The notes beneath the pieces were generated by a model. That model was not told where the DNA came from and did not search any database. It saw nothing but the letters and a program-made list of their open reading frames with translations. DNA of 64,000 nt from Octopus vulgaris (Eukaryota): positions 51,274,001 through 51,338,000 of the forward strand of contig OX597827.1 of assembly GCA_951406725.2 (NCBI GenBank), read 5' to 3'. This document shows positions 23,124-35,369 of this stretch, one piece after another. The position numbers were made by a program, and so were the translations under genes. Positions within the stretch are counted from its first letter, which is position 1; every line of letters starts with the position of its first letter.

Positions 23124-25144
23124 AATCCTGAAAATATCCTTTTTCAATATCTATGTATCATGTACTTGATTGCATTTTTACTAAAGCACACACACACACA
23201 CACACACATAGGCAAACACACAAACACGAATATTTACACACACACACACACACACTGACACATTATTTTTTGAAACTTGCTTAACTAACAAGTTGTATAT
23301 ACAAGGCTTATTAGCCTTAGTTTCTTCTTCAATATTTTAGTTGTTTACTATACTGTGACTAATTAGCATTTTTTGAAGAGGTCATTATGTAGAATGTGAT
23401 CTTGTCTTTGAATACTTTTTACGCAGAGGGACATGGCTAAATAATTACAAATAGACTGATATTTTCCAAATTTCACACAATTTGCCAGCATACATCACCC
23501 CCTGCACACACTTACTGTGTACATAAAAAAAGTGTATAGTACTTAGTGTATATACAAAGAAGTTTTATGCTCCAAACAACTATTTGCTTTTTAAATAAAT
23601 TATTAACTTTTATTGAAAATCATAAGAAATTTAACTCAAAATAAATCTTGAATTTAACAACAGTTTCCTTAGAAAACAGTTACTGAATAATTTTTGATTT
23701 AATTTCTCTAATATGGTCAGCCTTCCGTTTAAATACCAAGTTTTTTTTTGCTGTTTTTCTTAGTTAATAGAGTTGTCTGAAGAGAAATGTAAATCTTTAT
23801 AAAGATTTACAAATCTTCAAATATATCATCTGAAAGAGAAAAGTACAAAATGTTGCGAACAGTGTTCTAAAAATTGTAACATTAGGTAATCAAAGTCCAA
23901 ACATATTTATTTTTTCTGTCTTTAAATTTTTCTTCTTTTTCTGTTACTTTTGTGAGTGTTAATTTTTTCTCCCACTTCTTAGAGAAACTTCTTTTTATCC
24001 AGCTAATTCGTTATGTATTTTAATTATTTGGTAAAGATTGCACTATTTATCTTGTTATAAATCAATCTTTTCACATGGAGAAAACATTTAAGGTAACTTA
24101 TCACTTGTTTTCAGATAAATCTGCATTGGAAATGGAAAATTGAATATTGAAACATTGATTATGTTACTTTGATAAAACATATATCATCATGGTAACACAT
24201 TCTTTGAATTTGATTCAATTAGCTGTTATGTCTATTTTAAAAAATTATATAATTATTATAGGCATTTTATATCTTCAGATGGTCAAATGTGTGGAACAAT
24301 GTTTTCAATAATTTCTCTGTAGAGAGAAAAAACTTCCTATAACTCTTGAAAAGCTGTTTATATCGATAGACAAAAACATGCTATGGAAGTGTAACATTAA
24401 AAATAATTAAGCATTTCAATAGCTTAATTTTTAGTCAAAATATCTTTAAAATAAATGTCTCCAGAATAGGAATGCTTGATTGAAATGCCAGACTGCATAA
24501 TGTATATCGAGTTACCTCTAAATATTTGTTTAGCTGCCTCAAGACCACAGATCTGCTTGACACTGTAACTTCAATAATTGAAGTATTTCCTATCTTAAAA
24601 GAGAACATCTGACACAGACATTCATATAATATTTATCTCTCTGCTAAAGGTTTATCTTGTGATAGGAAAAAAAAACATCTGATTTTTGTGAATAATTTGC
24701 CATTTGAATTCCTTTCAGGAAAATTGTGCTGTTTCAAGAATAACAATCTTAATTTATTTCTTATTTTCTGCTATTTCTAATTAATTTTTAAATTTTAATG
24801 TGGAAATAGAACTAATTTTCAATACAATATTATCAGCACAACTGAGTGTTTAGAAAACAAACAAATGAATTTGAAATGTGTTCTATTTGTTAAGAAATTC
24901 TTTCAACAATAGGTAATGAAATGTAAATTTAATTTCATTATTACATTCCTGCTGAAAGTGTTATGATTTTTTTTCTAGCACAAGCCAATCTAACTATTTT
25001 CTTCCAGCCCTATCTCTTTATTGTATAGTCCAAATTTTAGGCTACTTAAGTGTTTTCTGTATTATGCTCAACAGATGTCAAATCACAGTGTTATTGACAT
25101 AAACTGAAATATTCGTTAAGTGCACTTTTATTGTTTGTGCAGTT

Positions 25145-25150
25145 AATAAA
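25145..25150 (+). terminator. Candidate polyadenylation signal of gene A
   Basis: AATAAA near the end of a ~2-kb AT-rich stretch without recognisable TEs; an alternative signal lies at ~23595. Confidence 0.3.
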
Positions 25151-25769
25151 AATTCATGAAACAAATGCTAAACTGTTTTCAGATTTATTTACATTTTAAA
25201 AAATTTTATCCCTGTTTTATTCCAGATTGATGTACTAATTCAATATAATGACTGATTTTAATTTTCTGTACCTTGTGCTATAACAATGTATTATTAAACT
25301 GCAGAATTAAGCATAAAATTATCTGGTTAAGAAAGCATTTCATAAATTGATTCTCAAGACATAACTTATTTTTTAGTTTTGCTCATAACATAAATCCCAG
25401 TCACTTATTTCTGAAAGTGATTGAAGAAATGTATTTATCAAATTTTCAAATGATATTTGTCATCTGACATGAGAGAAGCCACCTACCAACAAAAATGTGA
25501 ATTAACCTATCAATCCTTGACTTGAGTGGATAATAGTTGTGTCAGAGAAGTGTAATGAAGTTAGTCGTTTATCATTATTTAACATCCATCTTCCATGTTG
25601 GAATGGTTTTGATAGTTTGATAGGCTCCATTGTCTGGTATGGCACAAATTCTATAACTTGATGCCCTATCTAATGCCAACCACTTTACTAAGAGTACTGG
25701 GTGTTTTTCTTTCTCTTTCTTTGTAGCTCCAACTCTGTTCAAGTTGCCATGTAACATGCAAGACTAATA

Positions 25770-26136
25770 TAGGAGTGGCTTGCTTACCAACCACATGGTT
25801 CCGGGTTCAGTCCCACTGCGTGGCACCTTGGGCAAGTGTCTTCTACTATAGCCTTGGGCCGACCAATGCCTTGTGAGTGGATTTGGTAGACGGAAGCTGA
25901 AAAGAAGCCCGTCATATATATGTGTGTTTGTGTGTCTGTGCTTGTCTCCCCAACATCGCTTGACAACCGATGCTGGTGTGTTTACGTCCCCGTAACTAAG
26001 CGGTTCAGCAAAAGGGACTGATAGAATAAGTACTAGGCTTACAAATATAAGTCCTGGGGTTCATTTGCTCGACTAAAAGGTGGTGCTCCAGCATGGCTGC
26101 AGTCAAATGACTGAAACAAGTAAAAGAGTAAAGAGT
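25770..26136 (+). mobile_element. tRNA-derived SINE family B (CORE-like ccttgggcaagt)
   Basis: Head gggttcagtccc, internal (TA/TG)n and tail gactgaaacaagtaaaagag. Confidence 0.85.
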
Positions 26137-26412
26137 ATAACCCTCAACTGAATGACTAGGGTAAAGGTGGTAGCAACTTTATGCTAGGTGTTGAGAGGTT
26201 AAAGTATGAAAGAAGGGGCAAAAACATGGAGATATATCACATACAAGAGCGGTTGGGAGTAATCAATGTAGAGCTGGAAAGAAAGATGGTGGTAACAAAG
26301 TATCTGGGTGAGCCCTCAAAGTATGAGAGTAAATAGGGGAGTGGGGGAAGAAGAGAGGAAGGGTGTTGGGTAGCAATTGCAAGAGTGAAGGATGGTTAGA
26401 GATTTATGAACA

Positions 26413-26800
26413 GGGCAGGAGTGGCTGTGTGGTAAGTAGCTTGTTTACCAACCACATGGTTCCAGGTTCAGTCCCACTGCGTGGCACCTTGGGCAAGTGT
26501 CTTCTACTATAGCCCTGGGCCGACCAAAGCCTTGTGAGTGGATTTGGTAGACGGAAACTTAAAAGAAGCCCGTCGTATATATGTATATATATATATGCGT
26601 TTGTGTGTCTGTGTTTGTTCCCCTAGCATTACTTGACAACCGATGCTGGTGTGTTTATGTCCCCATTACTTAGCGGTTCGGCAAAAGAGACTGATAGAAT
26701 AAGTACTGGGCTTACAAAAGAATAAGTCCCGGGGTCGAGTTGCTCGATTAAAGGCGGTGCTCCAGCATGGCCGCAGTCAAATGACTGAAACAAGTAAAAG
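26413..26800 (+). mobile_element. SINE family B, full length
   Basis: Highly similar to 41453-41857. Confidence 0.9.
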
Positions 26801-26875
26801 AGGGGTGGAGGGGGTGTTTTATGATAAATATGAATTGTAGAAGAGAGTAATATTTTGTACATAGAGGATATAAGG

Positions 26876-27142
26876 CAGTGGTTCCCTAAGCGGGCGGTAT
26901 TGCCCCCCCGTGGTGGGAAATTCCAAGGGGGCATTGAAAAGTGAGGTGATAATGGGGTAGCAATTCATGTAAAAACAACGAAATAATGGGTTCATTAGGT
27001 TATGTTTTTGTGAAATACAGTTGCTTTGAGTTTGCTTCAGAATGAGGTCTATGTTTGTGGTGGTTAGTTGGAGTGGAGGCACTAGGAATGTGGCCTGGGT
27101 GTCAAGCGGGGACAGCGGCCCGAAAATGTCTGGGAACCACTG
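26876..27142. mobile_element. hAT-type MITE
   Basis: TIRs cagtggttccc / gggaaccactg, with 8-bp TSD atataagg (26868-26875, 27143-27150). Confidence 0.9.
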
Positions 27143-27242
27143 ATATAAGGCATGACAAGTGTGTGTCTGTATGAATTGCTGTCAGTGACAGTGAAAAGAA
27201 AGTAATATTCAAGTGCCACTGTGAAACAAGTAGTAAGAATAT

Positions 27243-27474
27243 ATTTCTTTACTGCCCACAAGGGGCTAAACATAGAGGGGACAAACAAGGACAGACAAAG
27301 GGATTAAGTCGATTACATCGACCCCAGTGGGAAACTGGTACTTTATTTATCGACCCCGAAAGGATGAAAGGCAAAGTCGACCTCGGCGGAATTCGAACTC
27401 AGAACATAACAACAGGCGAAATACGGCTACGCATTTCGCCTGGCGTGCTAACGTTTCTGCCAGCTCGCTGCCTT
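27243..27474 (-). mobile_element. SINE family A
   Basis: Reverse complement of 18457-18678. Confidence 0.88.
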
Positions 27475-27890
27475 GACTACTAGTAAGAATAGAAAAGAAG
27501 ACCTTATCCCTAGTGGCATCATCAGAGGGTCTTGCTGTATGGAAGAGCTGGGAAAGATCATTCAGAATTAGTTGATGAGGTGTTTATAAGATATTTCACT
27601 AGTTAGTGGCTTGATCTTGGTTGTGCAGAAACAATTATAGCACCTTTAACAAGTTACTGATAGACATGATTAGGTGCAAGATTAAAGACTATAAAAGAAG
27701 TTCTTTACCCAAAATAGCAGGTTTTGACATGCTCTTGTCAGATAATATGCCACATGCTCTTGTGAGATAATATGAATGTTTTCACCTGCTTAAACAGTCA
27801 ACAACGATGACGTTTTTTGTGAAATTTAACATATTTATTGGCATATTAGTATCAACTAAAACTTGGTCATTAGCCATCATTTCTTCTTCA

Positions 27891-28680
27891 TCATCATCAT
27901 CATCGTTTAACGTCCACTTTCCATGCTAGCATGGGTTGGACGGTTCAACTGGGATCTGGGAAGTCAGAAGGCTGCACCAGGCCCAGTCTGATCTGGCAGT
28001 GTTTCTACAGCTGGATGCCCTTCCTAACACCAACCACTCCGTGAGTGTAGTGGGTGCTTTTTATGTGCCACCAGCACAGTATTTGTGAATAATCTTAAAA
28101 ACTTTTTTATGCTTATAATCTAATTCTAAAAACATTAATTTTCTGGTGAGAATGTTTGAAATATATCGAAATGATAAAAACATTCTAAATGTTCAGACTA
28201 CTGCAATTCATTTAGTGTGCTGAAAACATTGATGATAATAATAATGATGATTGTCATCATCATTGTTTAACATTTGTTTTCCATCCAGCATCGCCTTACT
28301 GGCACTTATGCCTGTGCTAGTAGGGTGCCAAGAGCACCATCCGAGCGTGGTCGTTGCCAGAGCAGCCAACTGGCTTCTGTACCCGTGGCACGTAAAAGAG
28401 CACCATTCTAGTGTGATTGTTACCAACGTCGTTTCACTGGCACCTGTAAAAAGATTCAAGTGAGGTCATTACCAGTATTGCGTGACTGGCCCCCGTGCCG
28501 GTGGCACGTAAAAAGCACCCACTACACTCTCGGAGTGGTTGGCGTTACGAAGGGCATCCAGCTGTAGAAACTCTGCCAGATCAAGATTGGAGCCTGGTGC
28601 AGCCATCTGGTTCGCCAGCCCTCAGTCAAAATCGTCCAACCCATGCTAGCATGGAAAGCGGACGTTAAACGATGATGATG
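27891..28680. mobile_element. Two RTE-tail elements in opposite orientation (27891-28078 -, 28285-28680 +)
   Basis: Same 3' tail as 15992-16434, with (GAT)n ends. Confidence 0.8.
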
Positions 28681-29499
28681 ACTGGTATGAGATAGACAGT
28701 TTAACAGGAGATGGCAAGTCAGAGAATTGCACCAAGCTCCTATGTCTGTTTTGACATGCCTTTTGTGGCTGGATGCCCTTCCCAATGCCAACCACTTTAC
28801 AGAGTATACTGGGTGCGTTTTGTGTGGTACTATAATTTGCAAAATATAACCTTTAAAGTGAAGTGGGGGAATAGTATTAAAGGAAGTGGCTTTATATCAG
28901 GTGATGAGTGGTTAACTTATGATCGACAGGTACAGGTATCTTGCTGCGAGACATCTGATTACCTCCATTGGAAAAGAGAAGATAGTAATGAAGGGAAACT
29001 CTCAAGTTCCTGGAAAGTGTATATAAGAGAAGTCATACAGATGATTGGTTGGGAAAGTGTGAAGTAGTAGGTAAGTTCACAAGAGTGTAGGAGAGTAACA
29101 AATGGATAAAGAATGCAGTAATTGGTGAATATAGGTGGAGGCATTGTTTATTGTGAATATCAGTTGGAGGGGAAGATGGAGGAAGTAGGTGTGGGTCAGG
29201 GAGGTCGATAGGTGGTAACACAGATGAGATGAAGTGTGGCTGTGGGCTGTGAGAGGGATGACAAAATCAATGGTACATAAGGATGGAAATAATCGAAAGC
29301 AAACAGAGGGATGCCATTGGTAAAATGAAGGTGTGTACATGGAAAAGAATGATGGTGAAAGTGGAAAATAAGGTGAAAAGGGATGCTACTGAGTAGGGTC
29401 TCATTTTTGCATTGATGGACATTTCTTCTCAAGCACAGTAAATTACTAATCATATCAGTCCTTTGCCATCGCTCTTGTGAAGCTCAACATCTCAGAATA

Positions 29500-31440
29500 A
29501 TCAATGAGGGCTATCACCAAACAACTTCAAATGTTGAAGTGGACTATCAGAATGTGATGCAGTATAAGTCATATTCACTGAGGAAAGGCCAATTCATGTC
29601 TGCAAAGATACAGGCAAACTTTGATCCCTACCATCAGTTATTTAACAAGGTTAAAATCCCTCATGAACATAGCATGCTTTGATTCTTCTCTGATGTGAGA
29701 AACTTTGACCAACATCAAAAGTTCAAGAGGAGAAATGACAGCTGGTTATGTGCAGATCCTGCTGATGTTCCTAGAGTGATACATACTACAAGAATCGGCT
29801 GAAAAGTTCAAAGGCTGACCAAAATACTCTCATGGAATGTAACCAAATGAGGTTTATTTTTCTACTTTGTCCCCTTTGCAGTCCACATGTCTTCCATCAG
29901 TGTACCAGTGCTTGGATCTCTTTAATGAAGAAGCTTTTGTCTTGTTGGTCAAAAGAATGATCAATGGCAGATATAACATGATCACTGTGATACTGGTTCC
30001 CAGCCAAGTACTTTTTCATGTTGCAGAACAGATGATAGTCAGATGGGCCTAATCAGGAGAATAGGGAGGGTAATCAACTAGTTCAAAGCCACAGTCATGC
30101 ACAGCAGCCTTTGAAACCAAGGACTTGTATACTAGAGCATTGTCCTGATGAAACAAGAACCCTTTCATCAGTTTTCCTGAGTATTTGGTCTTGATAGCCT
30201 TTTGTAACTGCTTCAAGTTGGCATTAGTACTCTGGCCCTTTTGAAGATAGTTGATAAAAATAATACCTTTTGCATCCCCCAAAACAGGTTATCATTTTCC
30301 CTGCAGATGAAATGACCTTGGCCTTCTTTTGAGCGGGTAAAGAGGGGTGTTTCCACTGCATTGGTTGTCTCTTTGTTTCTGGCCCTACACTGATCCTGAG
30401 TTAGGAAACCTTCAAGGTAACCAGCTGGATCAGCCTCAAACAATGCAAGATTTTCCCATGATGTAATCAGCCGGGTGTATTTTTGATTAGGTGACAGAAA
30501 CCTTTCTCATGCTAAGTTCATTGTACAGAGTATTCTCAACTCTCTCACAGGATGTTTTAATAGTATTGGCCATTTGATTTACAGTCAATCGTCTGTCATC
30601 AATTACCATATGGTGAACAATTTTTTCCTTGGTGGTGGCAGTTGCAGGACATCCAGACCTTGGGTCATCTTCAAGATTCTCCCTTCCCCTCCTAAATTCA
30701 GCTCCCCACTTTTGCAATTGTTGATAAAGCTGGAGTGTCATCCCCTAATGTAGCAACCATGTCAGTATGAATGTCGTTAGGGATTAAACCCTTTTTCTGC
30801 AGGTACTTGATAAGATGATGCCAAATTTTGTCCATTTTGAAAAGAAGTTGCTACTAGTTACTTCTAAAGTTTTCTTTCAATAAGTCAGATGTCAGTTTAC
30901 TTAGAAAGAGACAATGCAGTTACCAATAAGAAGAGTCAACATTAAAGCATGCAAAATTTCACAGCTCTAGCATAGCCTACCCTCAAAATTTTCACAGCTC
31001 TTTCATAGCCTGCCCTGCAACTGTGATGGTTTTAGGTGTGGTGAGTAAATGAAAGTCATGTCATGCCATCTTATGTCTTTCCACAGAGTTTAGAATTAAT
31101 GCTGCTGGTTGCATTGAGGTGCTAGAGACAGTGGAAGGTAATATCTGTTTCAACAAAACTCAGTACCTTATTGCAAAGCTTGCATAACCCAAGAATGGAT
31201 ATGAGACAATCTTTACAATCATGTAGCAACAAACTCACCAGATTTGAATCCAATGAATTACTATTTTTCTTGAAAGAGAAGCTAATTGACATCCTCACGA
31301 TGCCATTGTTTCACTGAAGGCTACCATTGTCCAGGTGGTGTCTAAAATGAACACAGCCCATTTAGTGCAAGTATGTCAGCAGTTCTGGTCCCACATAGAA
31401 GCTGTCATTGAAGCTGATGATGGATTCGTGGAATAATCTT
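29500..31440 (+). mobile_element. Tc1/mariner-superfamily transposase relic (29500-29786 and 31020-31440) split by a mariner
   Basis: Decayed TVMVLGVVS, FQQNS(AP), TQEW and SPDLNPMNYY motifs on the + strand. Confidence 0.6.
29787..30975 (-). mobile_element. Mariner transposon relic
   Basis: WGAEFRRGRENLEDDPRSG, DAKGIIFINYLQKG, FHQDNA and PPYSPD motifs, with TIR-like tacaagaatcggctgaaaagttc at 29787. Confidence 0.9.
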
Positions 31441-31671
31441 ATCAGAAAGCTTATATTCTGTCTGTTTTAATTAACTGGAACTCTCCTACAATGTCATTCT
31501 AAAACTAAACAATTACATCATCAAAAACTTGAGTTACAAGATATTGCATTACATTTGACAAATTAATCTGAATGTTGAAGGGTTGAAGTACAGGCTTTGC
31601 TACATAGGAGCTGTTTTATACTAACAAATATATCATCAAATACATCGCACAACCTGTATTTATATATATAT

Positions 31672-32096
31672 ATATATATTAAATTTGAGATAAAACCACT
31701 ATTAGGCAAATGAAACAGTGAAAATCATAAACCAATACATAGAAATAAAATTAATTAATAAAAAATATATAAAATATAAAATTCAAAATTAAATTATTTA
31801 AATTTAAATTTAAAGTGTTTTTTATATATATATATATAACTATCAAAAAGTGTTAAAAGTTTATGGTTTATGGGCATAAAACGATCGTGCTGGTTTTACT
31901 CTTTATCTTATATTAAACTTTTAATACTTTTTGATATATATATATATAAAAAAAAACTTTAAATTTAAATAATTTCATTTTGAATTTTATATTTTATATA
32001 TTTTTTATTTATTAATTTTATTTCTATGTATTGGTTTATGATTTTCACTGTTTGATTTGCCTAATAGTGGTTTTTATCTCTAATTTAATATATATA
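31672..32096. repeat. AT-rich fold-back, ~190-bp arms (31672-31863 / 31914-32096)
   Basis: gagataaaaccactattaggcaaat...tcaaaaagtgttaaaagttt versus its reverse complement. Confidence 0.9.
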
Positions 32097-32164
32097 TTTA
32101 TACTATAAAATTAGATTTAATCCTAAATCTAATTTTTCCCTGTAAGTTTGGATTTACTCCCTAA

Positions 32165-32206
<42 letters not shown>

Positions 32207-32384
32207 TATATAAACATAGGTGTGTGTGTGTGTGTGTTAAATGAAGAAATGGCAAAGTGTGGAAATTCTATAAATGATAATAATTATAAGCTTTGACTAT
32301 GTATTAGCTAAAAGTAAATAGTCTAATATTGGGGCATATAAACCCTTGACAGAAAAAGTGGGTATTAGTAAAAGCCATTGGTGA

Positions 32385-32965
32385 ATCATACTTATTGTAT
32401 ACACACTTGATAGGCCACTTACTGCAGTATTTGTCCTGAGATGACATCTGTTATGGGCTTGCTGTGTTGAAAATACAATGAATATCAGAGAGAGACAATA
32501 ACTTGACCCAGCAGTGGCCACTGAGAGATGCACCAGATGCATTTGTCCTTTTTCAGCCTTTTCAGTAGCATGTAGTCACAGCTAGCCACATGCTCAAATG
32601 AGAATTTCTCATCTCTGATATTGGTAAAAGTGAGTGAAATATTCACTGATGTTGTGAATAGCTGCATATGCAATTGAGGCAGTAATTAATTAAAATAGCC
32701 CTCTATGTATCATACTTAATGTATACACACTTGAAAAACCTGTTATTGCAGTATTTCCTGAGATAACATCTATGTACTTGTGTTAAAACAATAAATATCA
32801 GAGAAAGACAAAAACTCATCTCAGTAATGGCCAGTGAGAGTGCCAGATGCATTTCAGCCAGTCTGAACTTTTTCAATTGTGCATACTTGCAGCAAGCCAC
32901 ATGCTTGGATGAAAATCCATCATCACTGATAAGGAAAAAAGTGAACAAAATAGTCTTGATGTTGC
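32385..32965. repeat. Diverged tandem pair, period ~324 bp
   Basis: atcatactta.tgtatacacacttga...aatatcagagagagacaa...ccagatgcattt...agccacatgct recurs at 32385 and 32709. Confidence 0.8.
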
Positions 32966-33762
32966 AAGTCACTATCCATTCCTATATCAGAAAGTTTTTA
33001 TAACATATAGGTTACAGCTAGAGTGGATAGTGGATGTTATTTCAAAGCATATATTCATGGTAATAAACTAATAAACTTGTTTAAGGGATTGGAATTCTAA
33101 AAAACAATGCAATTGTTGGGACCAAGCTAATTGTCAACTTAAAGAGCCTGTTTTACAAATAATATCGTCCATAAATGTAACATAAAAACCAGTACTAATA
33201 CCTTAACCTACAAAGGCAGTTCATCACGTGACTTCAAAGTAAGATTGCGTAATCACCTCTCCTCCTTTAAACACTGCCATAAGGCTAGTAGTACATCTTT
33301 GGCTGAAAGAGTATGGTAATTAAAGGACAGTAATGCTCAATTTGAGTTTGTATGAGATATTGTTCAAAGAGCTTCACCATATTCTAATAGATATGGCTTC
33401 AGATTATGTTACAGCAAACGTTATGAGAGACTAATGCATTCAGGCAGTGTACTGAATAGAAAAGCTGAACTGAGGGTTAATTGCTTGCACTAGATTAGAC
33501 AGATATTTATGTAATTTAAACTGGTTATGCAATTCTGCAAACCTCTGCTTACATCTCCTTCAAGATATTTTAGGCAGTTTTTGGTAGCCTGCAACCCTAC
33601 TCTATTGATTCTATATTGGCAATCTTATAGTGGATTTACCTTAGTGACATAAATGACTAATTACAGCTTACATAAGTATATCACATAATGTAGCAATAAT
33701 ATAGTGCATAACCTTGCTTTCTGACCTGTATACCCCTCATTCCCTTAATATTTTACTATATA

Positions 33763-34124
33763 CTAGCACTATGACCTGGCAACGCTGGGTCATGGTGTTA
33801 GTGCATGCATATACAGCTGCGTGCGTGCACACATACATGCGAGTACTGTCCAAATCTCTGACCAATCACACACAGCTAGCTGGCATTCAATTGGCGTATC
33901 AAGTTTCGGGCCTTTTGATTGGGTTTTGGATAGAAAATTCACAAAAAAGTCACTTCTATTGATTTTTTAATGGCTTTGTGGGATGACTTGGGAAATGTAA
34001 AGATGTGCACAACCACCCTTGGATGGTTTTGAATGACCATAGAAAGTGCGAGCCCTCTAACTGAAAAATTGTGGATTTGCATAAAGGACACACACGCAGA
34101 CATTTTGCTGTTTATATATAGAGA
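33763..34124 (-). mobile_element. Non-autonomous Helitron
   Basis: Minus strand starts TC(TCTATATATAAA) and ends CTAG, with subterminal hairpin atgacc...ggtcat, inserted between A and T. Confidence 0.7.
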
Positions 34125-34634
34125 TTATCATTTAACTGTATTAGACATAATTATATTACTCTCTTATTGGATGGCACTGTAGCTGTGTGTACATTTACAC
34201 ACTTGCTTTTTATGTGCATATGAGTATATGTATATGTGTACATGTTACTTTTGTGATTCTTTATGTATACTTGCGGGTAATGTGGATGTATGTGTATATA
34301 GATATGTATGTACACACACACACACATATAACCTCTCTGTTTGGCAGCACAAGCACTTACACACATATGTAGTCATGATAACTTCTGCTTACCAAATTCA
34401 ATCATAACGCTTTGGTCGGCCTGAGGCTATTGCAGAAGACACTTGCCCAAGGTGTCACACAGTGGGACTGAACTTGAAGCTATGTGGTTGGGAAGCAAGC
34501 TTCCTAACCACGCAACCATACCTGTGCCTCCCCAGGCATGCATGGAAGGCGGACATTAAATGATAATGATGACGATATGTACATATTTGTTATGTATATA
34601 CGTGCATGTATGTGTATATGTATATGTGTATGTA

Positions 34635-35150
34635 TCATCATCATCATTGTTTAACGTCCGTTCTCCATGCTAGCATGGGTTGGACGGTTCGACCGGGAAT
34701 CTGGGAAGCCAGAAGGCTGCACCAGGCTCCAGTCTGATCTGGCAGTGTTTCTACAGATGGATGCCCTTCCTAACACCAACCACTCCGAGAGTATAGTGGG
34801 TGCTTTTTACGTGCCACCGGCACAGGTGCCAGGCGAGGCTGGCAACGGCCACGATCGGATTGGTGCTTTTTACGTGCCACCGGCACGGAAGCCAGTCAAA
34901 GCGGAGCTGGCATCGGCCACGTTCGGATGGTGCTTTTTACGTGCCACCGGCACAGGTATCACAACTGCAGTTTCCATTGATCTTTGATGTTGGTGTCCTT
35001 GACTCAATGGATCTCCTCAAGCACAGGGTCAAAACGGTGTTTCTTTACTTGCCACCTGCACAGGAGTCAGTCTAGTGGCCCTGGTAACTGCCGGGTGCCA
35101 ATCATAGGATTGGTTCAATTTCGAATTCGATTTCGACTTCGCTTGCCTAT
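34635..35150 (-). mobile_element. RTE 3'-UTR fragment or RTE-tail SINE
   Basis: Three intact ggtgctttttacgtgccaccggcac units plus the shared tail. Confidence 0.8.
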
Positions 35151-35369
35151 GTACATATATCCATTCATTTATGAGTAAGTGAAGAAACAAAACAAGATTA
35201 GCACTCAATACATTTGGTAGGAGTTACATATATTTTTAATAACAGTTTGACTCAGCTTCACATGATTTATAGCTTCATGGGTGCATAGAACATGTTCATC
35301 TCATCTGATGCTAGGAACAATGTGAAAGTTTTGAGAAAAATTCGAGATGTCTTCTACATGTTAGGCATC

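Noticed and set aside
21546-23169. Overlapping alternative-frame and antisense ORFs (also 52359-53622)
   Set aside because: Shadows of the ZNF coding sequence with no independent features.
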